Below, in pieces: positions 51,974 through 64,000 of a DNA stretch of 64,000 nt (the stretch's first letter is position 1; every line of letters starts with the position of its first letter). Made by a program: the position numbers and the translations under genes. Under the pieces are notes generated by a model. That model was given only the letters and a program-made list of their open reading frames with translations, made no database searches and was not told the origin of the DNA. The stretch is taken from positions 62,001 to 126,000 of the forward strand of contig RSEE01000075.1 of NCBI GenBank assembly GCA_003971905.1, in the 5' to 3' direction. Source of the stretch: Moniliella sp. 'wahieum'. Taxonomy: Eukaryota.

Positions 51974-53611
51974 GAACTCGGGGGCGAAATGCGAATCATC
52001 CGGGCATTATATGACAGTGGGGCATTCCCATCCATTTGGAAAGACAAATCCGTCTTCACATCCATGACCCCTTGCGACGACGAGATAGAGGTTGCTAACG
52101 GGACACATGTAAAGGCGGAAGGACGAGGCACGGCCACAATCCGTATCCGATGCTTAGGAGGACACCAAATGGAGATAAAACTCCCCAACAGCCTATACAT
52201 GCCCCGTTTCAGCCGAAATCTCGTCAGTGTAGCACACCTGTCGAACACCGGAATCGCATCATACTTCGCCCCACACCAGAAGGGTATCTGGCTTGGTAAC
52301 CCAGGATCCACCCTACGAAAAGTAACCGGCAGTGACTATCAATTCACGATCTTACACAACCCGCGAACGCCACCCACACCCCTGCGGGCCATGGCGACCA
52401 AACCGATCAAACCGGCCGACCCACCCTCAACCCCAAACTCCCTCGCAGCATCCCTGGCCCTGGACCACGTCTCTAAAGCCCACAAACGCTGGAACCACGC
52501 AGCCATCGACCTCCTCCCCTGGCTTACACGATCGGAAACCGCAGGCCTCCGCGTCACAGCCAAGCATATCTCCCTCTGTCGTTCAGAGTGGGATTGCCCA
52601 ACATGCGCGGTGGCACTAGCGACAGCATCGCCCCATCCGAGCCGGGACCGCCTCCGATCCAAAAGACCTTTCGAGGTCCTCCACGTCGACGTAGTAGACC
52701 TCCCCCGGGTAACCGGCATGGGGCACGGATACGCCCTCGTCGCCGTTGATGACTTCACGCGGTACGTCTTCACCACAGCGATCCCGACAAAGGGCGCTGC
52801 AACGAAGGAACTGCGGAACCTCATATTGCGGGAGCAACGCTACGGCCCGGACAGACTGCTGCGGACTTTGCGCACGGACAACGCCCCCGAATTGACAAGC
52901 GCACTGCAACCTTTTCTGGACGAGCAAGGCATCACGTCAGAACGGACAATCCCGGGGCAGAGTGCTAGCAACGGTGTGGCTGAGCGTGCCATCCGAACCA
53001 TAACGACTCGTGCAAGGCAGTTGCTCTTGGGTACAGGTCTTCCGACGTCGGACTGGTGGGAACACAGCCTCCACGCTGCGTGCTTCACCCAAAACCAAAT
53101 GCCACTCAAAACATCCGGGGAAGACAACAAATCGCGATTTGAGCGATACAAAGGCCACGCATACTCGTTACCGATGCAACCCTTTGGCCGCGTTGCATAC
53201 CTCCATCTGCCCGAGTCACGCCGCGAGCACAAGCTCAGCGCGCGGGCAGAGGAAGGTATGCTGGTAGGATACCACCATCAGCGCGGATCAAAGGGATGGC
53301 TCTTCGCCACATACCAACCATCCCTGGGTACCTTCACCTACCGCTGGTCGAAACCGTACAAATGGGGCAACGCCATCTACCCCCATCTCCACCCCGACCA
53401 CTTCCCACCCGACATCTCCAAATCACCTCAAATTAAAATCGACAGTGAAAAAGACGCTAACCCTACTCCGCCAGCCGCGGCAGCACCCATGCCCCGAACC
53501 GCCGCCACACCCCAGACACCCGCTCCCACCACCACCCCCCCTCCGCGCCGCTACCCCCTCCGCCAGCGCACCACCCGCACCTCCCTCGACCTGCACACTC
53601 CCAATCGCTGA
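51974..53611 (+). CDS. pol: Copia Pol part 1: aspartic protease and integrase
   Basis: LYDSGA protease; H(KRWN)H...C(PT)C zinc motif; LHVDV, RTDNAPE, SNGVAERAIRT DDE core; KLSARA. Confidence 0.93.
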   Translation, partial: ELGGEMRIIRALYDSGAFPSIWKDKSVFTSMTPCDDEIEVANGTHVKAEGRGTATIRIRCLGGHQMEIKLPNSLYMPRFSRNLVSVAHLSNTGIASYFAPHQKGIWLGNPGSTLRKVTGSDYQFTILHNPRTPPTPLRAMATKPIKPADPPSTPNSLAASLALDHVSKAHKRWNHAAIDLLPWLTRSETAGLRVTAKHISLCRSEWDCPTCAVALATASPHPSRDRLRSKRPFEVLHVDVVDLPRVTGMGHGYALVAVDDFTRYVFTTAIPTKGAATKELRNLILREQRYGPDRLLRTLRTDNAPELTSALQPFLDEQGITSERTIPGQSASNGVAERAIRTITTRARQLLLGTGLPTSDWWEHSLHAACFTQNQMPLKTSGEDNKSRFERYKGHAYSLPMQPFGRVAYLHLPESRREHKLSARAEEGMLVGYHHQRGSKGWLFATYQPSLGTFTYRWSKPYKWGNAIYPHLHPDHFPPDISKSPQIKIDSEKDANPTPPAAAAPMPRTAATPQTPAPTTTPPPRRYPLRQRTTRTSLDLHTPNR

Positions 53612-55415
53612 CGACCCCACCGACACGACCTACCATGCTCGTGCTGCAGCCGCCACGCCCCACTGCGCCGCACCAGAGATCGGCATCGCCCGCCCCCTAC
53701 CTGACACATCCGCCCCCCCGTTTGCCGACACAGTTCAACCTCCCGAATACGCCGCCATGACTGCTCTCAGCGCACCCATCCACCCGGACACGGTTCAGCT
53801 CACCAAGGATGGCGTACCCCTCGCTCCCAAGACGCTCAAGGGTCTCGAGACTCACCCCTCCTTTGCCATGGTCAAGCAGGCTATGGCCGACGAGGTGGCC
53901 ACACTCGCGCGATACGGCACCTACGAGGCTACGTACCCACCACCGGGTGCACAAATCCTCATAGGACTATGGCGCATCACCACAAAGACGGACGCCGAGG
54001 GCCGGTTCCTGCGCCACCGCGCGCGCTTTGTCGCGGGCGGACACCAACAATCGGCCGAGACTTGGGGCCAGACGTTCGCACCATCGGTGCGCACACCTGC
54101 CATCCTGACCCTCGTCGTGCTGGCCGAGAAGTATAAGTTTGGCCTCTTCTCGGCGGACGTCAATGCAGCGTACCTGAACGCCCCCCTCGAAGAAGCAGTC
54201 TACATCCGCCCACCCCCCTACTTCCCCGAAGCGGGTGGTCGCGTGTGGCGTCTCAAGAAGAGTCTATACGGGCTACATCAGAGCGGAGCAAACTGGGCAC
54301 GATACATCCGGAACCTGCTGCGTGACAAGCTCGGCTTCACGCAAAGCTTGACCGAGCCCTGCTTGTTCGTGCGCGCTGCACCACCGGGTGAGCAGATCCT
54401 CCTGGCGGTCCACACCGACGATCTGCTCCTCGCATGCAAGTCACACCAAAAGTACGAGGAGTTTATGGCCGAGATAAACACACACATTGATGTTCGTGGT
54501 AACGGTCCCCTTCACTACCACCTGGGATGCCAATACGATCGGATCGGTGGGGAGCTGTACCTGAGCCAACCAAAGTTCATCGAGGAAGTGGTGGCAAAGC
54601 ACCACATCAAAGCCCCGTGGATCCGGACTCTCCCACATCCCGTACGGATGATACCGCCCCGTGCCGACCCTGAACCCCCATCCCTCCCAGCCTTGCGCAA
54701 GGCATATCAGGGGAAGATCGGATCGGGACTGTGGGCTGCACGAATGGGCCGGCCTGACTCCCTCTTCGCTATCACGGCCCTCAGCAGAGCCGCTGCCGAC
54801 CCATCGCAGCAGCATCATCAAGCAGTCGATGACTTCCTTCGCTACCTGTACCATACTCGAGGAAAGGGCCTGAGGTTGACCCCAACATCAGATGCACCGG
54901 CCATTGCGCTGTATACAGATTCCGACTTGGCGGGAGATCCCATCCAGGCACGCTCCACATCTGGATGCCTACTGATGGTGTACGGTGTGCCGGTGTCGTG
55001 GCGATCCATTCTTCAGCCGAAGAGCGTTACCAGTACCGCCGCCGCCGAATATACGGCAGGATATGATGGACTGGTTGACGCCAACTATGTCAAGAACATC
55101 ATGATCGAGCTTGGGGCCATCGGCGAGGGTACACCCATTCATTGGTATTGCGACAATAAGTCTGTCGTCGATCTCGCCCACAAATTTGGCAGCACCGGCA
55201 AGCTCCGAGAGCTGAAGATCCGGTACCACAATGTACGGCAACACGTGGACTCGGGCGAGGCCATACTTGTACACATCCCCGGCGAAAGGAACCCAGCGGA
55301 CGTCCTCACCAAGCCTCTCGGCCGTCCCGCCCTGACAAGCCATCTTGCTCAACTCCGCGTCGAGGAGATGGATCCAGTCCACATGACTGGGCCCTCCGGT
55401 CAGCGGGGGTGTTGA
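53590..55415 (+). CDS. pol: Copia Pol part 2: reverse transcriptase and RNase H (+1 relative to part 1); ends GQRGC* inside the 3' LTR; 5' junction approximate
   Basis: HRARFVAGG, ADVNAAYLNA, LKKSLYGLHQSG, HTDD catalytic motif, YTDSDLAG, AAEY, CDNKS, NPADVLTK. Confidence 0.93.
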
Positions 55416-57149
55416 CATCCGTCCTAGGACCGCGCGGACCCTGAGTCACGTGAGTCAGCTTTCATTCCTTCCGAGCTCGCACCAGTCTTCTGGACGAGTC
55501 AGTCGCAGAAGCTTCTTAGTCCAATACGACGTTCAGTGCTCACATTCTGTGGTAGTAGCGAGGCCGACACACCCCACCACCATCCCTCGCCACCGTTCCA
55601 CCAGAGTAAGTGCAACAGCCCGTCCAGGCAAAATGCTCGTGCGAGCCCCTCTCGCGGACCCAGCAATATCGCCGGTCCAGCTCACACCCGCACCGTCAAC
55701 AATAAGCAGTTTTGCTCGCACCATCTCGGCTCCAACGCAACCCGTAACACTGTGGTTGCATCGGTCGTGCCTGACATGACGCTGCGTCGGTAAAAGAGGA
55801 GTTGTACTACTCTTGGCTCCACCTCTTGGGTGCGCCTACAGCTGTATCGTTTGACAACGGGGCATCTTTGTGTTCGTAAGATATGTGGCGCTGGCTTTTC
55901 CACTTTTTGAGATATCATGCAGCCTTCGCTTCTTAGGTTAAGGTGGGAAGCGTACACCATCCGGTTTTTTTTGTGCACTACTAGTATGTGTAGGCACCAA
56001 ATAGGGTTTTGCGCGGTTGTGCCGCTAAAGAATTTGTTCCTCATCCTCTAGATCTGGCGTATGCCCCTCAAGGTAGTTGTGTGCGCCAGAGTCGCATCCC
56101 AATTGTTAGAAGGGGTTAGCTACGCCTCAAAACTATCCTCTCATCGGTGATCAGCTGTATCCAATGGGCAAATCGCCTGATGAGCGGCTGACTGTGTGTG
56201 GAAATTGTGGATATGATCCTGTATGATCATGTCTGCATCTCAAGTCCACTTCCTTTCAACCCAAAGTTTGGAATTTGGTTATCTGCTGGGCGGTTATCTC
56301 ATCCCTACCAAACAGTAATAGTCACTTTTCCCCTGGCACACACCACGATCTCCAATCCCAAGGTGTGAGTTCCACACTTACAGAGGCTGGCATTAATTAA
56401 CCACTTCTCTGTCGGTTTTGGGGATTAAACGTTTTGATGCTTTGTCAGTCCTCTCCCACTGACGAATGGCATGCCTATTGACGTCTTGCGAAACGGTGGT
56501 AGCTTCGCCAGCCACACGCGCCATGACAACTTCGGGTATGATATCTCCTGTGTAACCTTGCAAAAATGCACGTTTGCCCGGGTGTCTACGCCCCAATCTC
56601 CGGGCTCCTTTGTTCCCGCCCAGAGTTTTGTAGCTCCTATACACAGGGATAATAATAATCACTAATTGTAAAAGATTAAGAGAGGCAGTCGGTGCAGCCA
56701 AAAGTGGGATTTTGTTAGTAGGTCCTGAGCCGGATGTCAATGTGATGATGTTCTGTTGACCCGATGTGGCAACCACTGCCGAGATGTGCATCACTGGTGC
56801 AGAAAAAATACGATATTGCGTCATGTCAACAGCAGAATCTTTAACGCGCTCGACGGAAACATTTGGTCGACATATGACGATAAACAGCCTGGATGGAAGA
56901 GAACCATTACCACCCGGTTCTAGTGGACATATGGTCATAGCAGAAGAACTGATCTCATAAGTCATGCTTCACCTGGGAGAGTGTGAACTCGGACGACGCG
57001 GACAATGTGAGTCATCCAACCAAAGTAGTATTTCCAAAAGTCCTGGAACAGTCGACTTTCACTTAAGACTGATGGCGCATACTAATGTATTCATGTGGAT
57101 TCTGTCAAGAGTGACACTCACCAATCGCTTTGTAAGAGGTCCGGACACA

Positions 57150-57950
57150 GGTTTGATATTTACGCCTAGAATGAAAATCAAATTGACACTGCGGTGACGA
57201 ATAAAAGAACTAAAGTCATAGAACATTGGCACGACCTATTCAGAAAACAAAAATCCTGGACGCCTACAATATGGCTTTGATTTCAAACCCAGGTCTCAGG
57301 TTAAAACGAATGGGACGTCCTCAACTAGATGAAAGTGTGGGTGAAAGAAAGTGTGTAGATAGGGTTGAATAGCCTTGACAAGTGATACTATAATCACGCA
57401 AGAAAAGGATGAGGGTTTTTCCTATCCTATCGCTATGTCGACTTCAATTTGCCCGTTCTATTTGGGCGCCATGCCGTCTATTGCTCCGATTTAGCTCATG
57501 AATACAGAGCAGCTTCAACGTCCTATTTCAATAAGGGTGTTGCGTTGCCCGGTGCTAACGTAGTCCTCGCGAATTCAGCACTTCAAGCATGCCGTTGAGG
57601 TCCTTCAATGTTAGATAGCATTTGACCTGTTGGATAATCTTCAAGCACCCGTGGAAAGGAACAAAGTGTCTCTCTGCAATGCATTGATTCGGTGTCTACC
57701 CCTGTATTGGACTTACCCCGACGCCCAAAGGCACGCATGATCACGCGGATCAGCCCCCAGTCCATCATATGCTTGCTTCTGGTGAAAACAGTTGAGCATT
57801 AATGAAGAATTAACTATACTTTTTATGGTCTTGTTTGAAGAACTTCAATTGTTTTCGTTTGACTGTCCCCCGTTATTTGGTGAGGGAAAATAGCTAATTG
57901 GGCTCCAGATAATCCAATCGCCTATACGCGTTTGCTATGTATCATTTAAG
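57150..57950 (+). mobile_element. Degenerate Ty3/gypsy reverse transcriptase remnant
   Basis: Collinear fragments GRLQYGFDFK, QEKDE...YLGAMP, LMN, HFKHAVEVLQ echo the gypsy RT motifs GKLRLCVDYR, EGDE..TAF..VMPFG, LMN, HLKHV..VL; many stops. Confidence 0.45.
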
Positions 57951-59289
57951 GTGACAGAACGGGCAATAACCGACGGTAGTCACCCTGGCCAGTTATGACG
58001 AATGGAAACAAAGGAAAAAAAAAACAATGTTGGGGCCTACCCGAAAGGGGTTACCATCCCACTTCACAACCAAAGGAATGAATGGTATTTTTATTTTCCC
58101 CTGGTGAGTTGACACGTTACATCGTCGATCATCACATGGACTATGGAATACCTAATGTGACCTGAGTTGTGCGGTGAGTAATCAACGTATATCATGTGAA
58201 AATGGAACCAACCTCTTTCAATATTTGGGCTAGAACCACGGACGTTTTTGTTAGACGGTGGTGCTAGGGTTTCCCTGCATGGCTCTCTGTTGATCGCCGG
58301 CGGTCGCCTATTCGGGCGGAAGAGATCCGATGGCAGGCTGTGCACCCCTGCTCCTCCATCTCTCTCTACTCTCTCCTGTTTCGCTGCCTTCAGGCGTTGC
58401 TTTAAGACGTTTGGGTCATCAATTGGCCTTCACGCAGTGGCTTAAGGTTCCTTTGTAGCTGTGATTCATCATAGAATCGCGAGTACTGCCAAGTCGCAAT
58501 CTAGCAACTTTGTCAAGTAGGTTAGCCCATTTTTTAGTTCCCTCCTGATTAACACCAGTCCTCTGGGAGATTTCGTTGCAGACGCTGCTTCGATGTTCAA
58601 TGCCACATCCAGTTGTAGCAGGAATTGCGGGCGGTAATGTCAGTGCTCTCATATATATATCACCATATTCAACTCTTCCCCCGATCCACTGACACCACCG
58701 GCGACACTATTTCCATTGAGGACTAAGTATATTGATCAGACTTCTGTTCTTGTAATTATGGGACGCAGATCTATTTTTTGTTCCTGTGCAGTCTAATTAC
58801 TGGTGACATGCGACCAGTGGCACTGCAGCAGTAGTGTTAGTATCTTTCTTATTTTTCTCTCTTGCGAATGGGAGCATAGCTCCTGTGGGAGCTATGCAGT
58901 GAATGTTATGACCTTACCACCTCCATCCCCACTTAGCTGCACAATACTTCCACGGTGCCTGTGAAGGGCACACGCGAACTGGGTTGACCCAGGGACGGAG
59001 AGCTGGACGACGGACGAGGTCGTGAAGAGGAGGAGCAACTAGGAGGGAAGTTGCTTGTATTACTGGGTTGATGAGAATTGGTGAGGACAGTCGAGGAAGA
59101 CACCAATGGATCGTGGGGGAACACCATATCGCAACGGGGGATGCTGACAATTTGGTGGCCACGCGGGGGCTACCAACTCACAGTTGTGCATGCATGCTTC
59201 CTCTTCTCAGATTTGGGGAGAGTACGGGTTCCGCTGGCCCGCCTGCCAAGGGTTTCCCCTCACAACTACACCGGCCTGGGAACTGGAAG

Positions 59290-60425
59290 GACGCGTTCTG
59301 CTCCCCGCCAGCCATCCTTCGCTCCTCAGGGTATATATATGTACAGGAGAAAAATGCAAAGGCGAATTTCAGTGCCTCTTTTCTCCCTTGGGCTTGCAGG
59401 CGATGTGATTCTGACCTGATTATCCTGAGAGGGAAGGGCCACCAGCCACCGTGTGCGTATGTAGTGAAGCGTGGGTTGAACAGCACTTTCGATATATGTT
59501 GAAGAGTTCGGCATCCCACCACGCCTCCACCAGCTACTGCTATACTCGATGTGTTGAGAGGGGAATGCTTTGGTGCGGGGGGCTTGAGAGGGGAATGAAA
59601 TTGCTTTCCAGAGTTTTCATCGTGGCTGTGCATCTGGTTGAGGCTGTTCCTAGAGCCAGCTTGATAGAGAGCCGAGAAATCGTCTTCATCACGCAGCCTT
59701 TTCCGTCGTACACATCTGTCGTGACTGAAGAGAAGTATGAGACGCGTACCATTCCTCTCGGATCAGATATACTTCTCAAGCAGGCGCATTGACAATTGTG
59801 TCCATTCAGTTCAGCCACAGGCAGATCTCGAAAATGCGACTTTTTGGTGTCTGTTGCCACCGCTGGCATGCTTACTATTCTGATCAAAAGACATCTGATA
59901 TGTTCTTTCTTTCTCCGATTCGTTTTTATCAGTGTACCGTCGGAGTCAGGTACCTGCCCGTTCAAGTATCGTGCTAAACTCGTTGGTACTGCCCTCCATT
60001 GATTGCGCTTGTCGGGGCCGCGCGGGGTTTATGGAGTATAACTATTTTGGAGACAGCATGGCTAATCGAAATTTCTTGCGCACAATCTTGTACAGCCTTG
60101 CCCACCTTGAATTTCGTACGTAGTCCTCATATATCTATCCGGAACCTTGTTACCAGCATTTTCGATTAGCTATGAGGTCATCGACTCCGGTTTGTTCGCG
60201 GCTGTTGGGCTTGATGATAGATCCGAGCAGAGGTGGGGACAAGGAGTAGTTCCAGAGCGTGTAGCAGAGCGCAAAGGATTGGTAAACGGCCACGAAAAGA
60301 AAGGAGGACAAGCGATCTTAATCGAAGTGTCGAGTCGCGTAACCGCGATTGCAGATGGGAGAACCCGGTCCGGACAAAAGACTTTTGTGTGGGCTTGATG
60401 AAGGAACGTTGCTTTGGATGCGGAT
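59290..60425 (+). mobile_element. Degenerate Ty1/copia integrase-end/RT remnant
   Basis: Collinear RFVF...KYRAKLVG, YFGDSMANRNFLRTILYSLAHLEF, KRLLCGLDEGTLLW correspond to copia RT YKARLVA, TFAPVA..R.LL, KSLYGLKQS..W. Confidence 0.5.
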
Positions 60426-61229
60426 GGTATTGATTCAAGCTTCCTGGAATGCTGCCTTATATACTATCCAAGGAAGGAGAACTAATACGCCACGAACAAT
60501 ACGTGAAGAAAACGAGAGAGAGACAAAGGAGCCAAGGCAGGTCTAGCCATGGGTCATACACCAAGCCAGTGGGTGCGTGTGTGTGTGACCCATGAATGCC
60601 CCTCTGAGTCATCAGTTCACCTGGAGGGTTGAACGTGGATTTGGGAGGGGGTAGGCGCCGACACGTTGGTACAGGCCCTGTTGGGTCATCCTGGTCACTG
60701 ATGGAAAAACTGGACTCTCGTGGTACCACAGAACCGAACGAAAAGGAAACTGATACTGAAGACATGGAAGCATGCGTATGCAGCGCAGTGCCTGATCCAG
60801 AGAGGAAACAGCAGGAGCAAAAGTTGGTAGCTGTCCGCTGGTTCGGGGTAGCTGGTAAGCTAGAAAACAACGGGCGTTTTGTCTGTGGTTCAAAGATCAA
60901 TGAGACGAACAGTCAAAAGGAGCAGCCTCCTGGCAGTGTGTGTTAAAACAGTTCAAACGCCCCGCGGTGCACAGAGACCGGATTTATACTTAAAGGAAAA
61001 GCCGCTTTGCAAAGTAATGGGACGCTACCCGCTTGGGAGAGGGATCTGAGGGAAGGAAATTCGCCTCTTTAAAACTGGGTTTCTCCTGACTACAGGGGTG
61101 TCCGGAATGCCCCGTAGGATCTAGATCGTCTGGTTCCTGCACGGCTGCGGACTTTGTATAAGAAATTTCCATGTTCTGGCTCTTCGGGTTTAAAGCACGT
61201 TGTTTTCCTATGGGGCATATATAAACTTC

Positions 61230-62000
61230 CTTTAGTGTTTTCCCAGAATCAGCGCCGTAGCATTCATCTATTTGCCGGTATCCGCTTGGAGATATCCATA
61301 GTGAGAAGGCACAGCCCGGGGAAATAGTGAGGAAAGAGAGGCTCGAATGGAATCGAACCCATGGCATCGCCGATTGGTCAGTGACGCGTTCCACTACGCC
61401 ATCGAGCTGCGATAGGAGCAGCTGTAGGATCACAGAGTCTCCGCTGCGAAAGCACAAACCAAAAGGGTAGAAGGCGAAGAAGGCAGACATCTCCTCCACT
61501 ATTACTATAGCTTGCATGCTGGCTACTAGTATATCAACGCCACTGGCGTTCCAGTGCTCGACTATATACCCAACAGAGAGAGTTTTGTCTTCGTCGCTGG
61601 TGGTTCATACACCTGCTTCACAGTTGATGCGGCATTACTATTCAGACTCTTCATCCTCGTTGGTAGCGTCCAAACAGATGCGTGGGACGGGCGAATGGTC
61701 CGCGTAATGGGCCTACGCCGTCTCGCGCCCTCTTGGCGGTATGCTGAAGGAGCAGCATCCACAGCAGCCCGGTGGCGTTGAGCTATCACTTGGGCCAGTG
61801 TGCCGGCTTCGCTGTGCTCTGTTCTCGCTTGTCCCAGGCGCAAATCGAGGTTTCCGTGGCCCTTTGGAGAGGTTTTCAATGCGTACTCCACCAGGACATG
61901 CTTGAGATGCGCAACGTGCCGAATAGTACCGGTTTAAGCCAAGATTTGGTTGATGCCGATGGCTTTTGAAGGTAACATATCCTGTCAGGCAATGCATGCA
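61230..62000 (-). mobile_element. Degenerate Ty3/gypsy RNase H-integrase remnant
   Basis: HWNASGVDILV...AIVIVEEMSAFFAFYP and QLDGVVERVT resemble the gypsy integrase core (W..I.MDF..VVD..SK; QTDGQTERVN). Confidence 0.45.
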
Positions 62001-64000
62001 CGGTTATAGCCTCGAGCAACCATTGAATCGCCAACTGTTTTGCGGAGGGGGCGTACCAGATGTTCTTTTGGCCTTGATATCAGCAAGCATGAGCGATCAG
62101 ATTCGGCGCACCGGGGGGGCGACGGAGTTGCACCCTCTTGTTTCCTTGCCATTGAGGGAAGGTTCTGGCGATATCGCATGCGGCTGGCAGATTTTGTTTC
62201 TTGGGGAGATGGTGATGGTGTCGCTGTAGGAGAGTTCAGCTAGGTGAACAGGTGTCTCTGTCCGGAAGTGGGCTTGAACTGATAAGACCTGGAGTGGATG
62301 GTCTTTGAGGGTGATGCAATCGCACTGGTGGTGGTGGTGGTCTAAGCCACCAGCAACACCTACAAAGGACTAACAGCAAGCAGCGAGTCATCGCCACCAG
62401 GGGCTAAGCTGCGGAACAAGGAAAAACAGGAGAGAGAAAACAACAGAACTCCCAGGCCTGAGGAGGAGCGAAGGACATTGGCCAAGCACGAGCCACCCGA
62501 TGGCTCAACATGAACAACTGTCTGTCCGTTTACCTATTTCTCCCCATGCCAGGCAGTATGCGGGTCTTATTTTGCAGGGCTGGGCGCTCGCTGAGCCAGC
62601 CGGAGCCCGAAGGCTGAGGTTACCGTAGGCTTACCAGTGACCGGTGAACAGTTAACGATTAACGTACTTTAACATGCTTCGTGCGAGCGACCCTGCCCCG
62701 CACGGGCTTCAGCCGCCTCACGTCGCAGGGCAGCACAGCATGCTCTCCAGCACCATGCTTCTGTTTTGGGGGTGATGCATGATACAGGATGATCGCTGAA
62801 ACAGCGGCCCATCAGGCCTCAATTTGAGGTGTACAGTCAATTCACGCTCCGCAAATCTCAGCTCGATCGACCCATGGGAATCCGACCCCTGGTGGGGAAG
62901 CGACCACACAGCTGCATCCCTTTTAGGCGAATGCATGCCCCCGCCCACCACCTTTCCCGCCATCATCTTTCTGTCGAGCCAGTACTGCCACTCTACAATG
63001 CCTCCCTCCCGCACCGTCAGGACGCCCCAGTAACCAGCAACGCCGCTCGCCGCCGAGGGACACACGACGTATCAACCCTGAACCGGAGCCCATGGTGGAG
63101 ACTGCTTTCGAAGGTGACGAACCGTCCCCCGAAGACCACCTGGTGGCACCAGTGGGGTCAACAGCGATTCCGACATCGACTCCGACGGCGGGAGGGAAAA
63201 AAGGGGTACGAACCGAGAGTTACGTTGTAGTCCCTCCCTCCCTGGTCCCCGTGTTGGTTCGTGAAATGATTATGCGGTGTTGACCTCTGGTCATTTATGG
63301 CCAAGGTAACTTCCGAGTGACATCATGTGTGATGCGCGTGTGATGTTTTCTGAGCGGCGTTTCCGACTCCATGATGACTTGGATTCGCCACCGCCTTAGC
63401 AATTTGATCTCCATCGACCACCATCCCATTTGCTGCTCTTTGAGCTCTTCCTGGGCGTTAATATGCGGGGTCAATTGGACCAGCAGACGACGACGATGAA
63501 TAACGAAGAAGTTGCGCTGGATCTTGACGCTGACACCTTGTTCCCCCGCACAATGGCCGCTGACGAAGAGAGCTCCGTTAATCAGGACGAATTTGCTGGC
63601 ATTCCCCCTCTGATCTGGCCCTTTGGCCGGAGAATTGGATCCATATTTCATCGATCCCCTCGTTACAAGGGCAACATTGATCACTCAGCGAAAGGGAAAG
63701 CCGAGATCAAGACTCTTCGGGTTCTCTTTTTTGTCAATCAATGCGAAGCAGGAGTCGTTGGCCAAGGGCTTTACCATGTCCAACCCACGCCAGCATTTCC
63801 AACTCTTACTGGAGCACAAAAAGGTCAGGACCATCAGCTCTCGCCGCACACCCCAGGATTACTTTGAACTATACTGACACTTTCTCTTTCCATGAACGGA
63901 TCGCCACTGACAGAAATGGTACAAATGGCTCGCGATATGGGTTTGTCTGCATCCCGAGAGCAGGATCGGCAATATTAAGGATTTAGGCTTGGTTTTCCGC

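Larger units (their letters stand above)
50512..55569 (+). mobile_element. Full-length Ty1/copia LTR retrotransposon, 5058 bp; 5-bp TSD CACCC
   Basis: LTRs 50512-50671 and 55410-55569 (160 bp, TG...CA, identical by eye); CACCC at 50507-50511 and 55570-55574; domain order gag-PR-IN-RT-RH; PPT CAGCGGGGG. Confidence 0.97.

Noticed and set aside
56393..56965. 190-aa minus ORF / possible copia protease relic (DWGVDTRANVHFC in another frame)
   Set aside because: Only one weak motif; not enough to annotate, though consistent with decayed TE DNA
63430..64000. Possible gag-like ORFs at the window end
   Set aside because: Fragmented, no diagnostic motif, truncated by the window edge
1..64000. tRNA, rRNA or spliceosomal snRNA genes
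   Set aside because: No convincing cloverleaf, rRNA or U1/U2/U5/U6 signature seen by eye; a covariance-model search would be needed to exclude them

Overview
Eukaryotic, fungal (basidiomycete-type, probably Ustilaginomycotina by gene style; inference) genomic window with two clear zones. About 1-46 kb is GC-rich, gene-dense and full of short tandem repeats. It carries CHD1, an RBM39/Rsd1-type splicing factor, an ABZ2-like ADC lyase, a TenA_E protein, mitoferrin MRS3/4, LDB17/SPIN90, elongin C, a ketopantoate reductase, a nitronate monooxygenase-family gene, a LURP-one-like gene and several hypotheticals. Most of these show 1-2 bp frameshifts typical of unpolished long-read assembly. About 46-64 kb is lower-GC, has no recognisable host genes and is a retrotransposon graveyard containing one young, complete Ty1/copia element (50512-55569; identical 160-bp LTRs, CACCC TSD). 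Main findings: (1) gag and pol of this element are in the same frame, separated by a single UAG, which suggests stop-codon readthrough; (2) a 1.39-kb non-autonomous LTR element (TRIM, 20103-21494, CCCCT TSD) with otherwise unrelated LTRs shares the copia's LTR termini, PPT and an unusual PBS, and interrupts a host ORF that re-joins in frame when the element is removed; (3) that shared PBS is complementary to a tRNA 5' end (GGGGAUGUAGCUC type) rather than to a CCA 3' end or the tRNA-iMet half; (4) two intronless enzyme genes (TenA_E, NMO-like) look bacterial and are horizontal-transfer candidates. All homology calls are from motif recognition by eye; no database searches were run.
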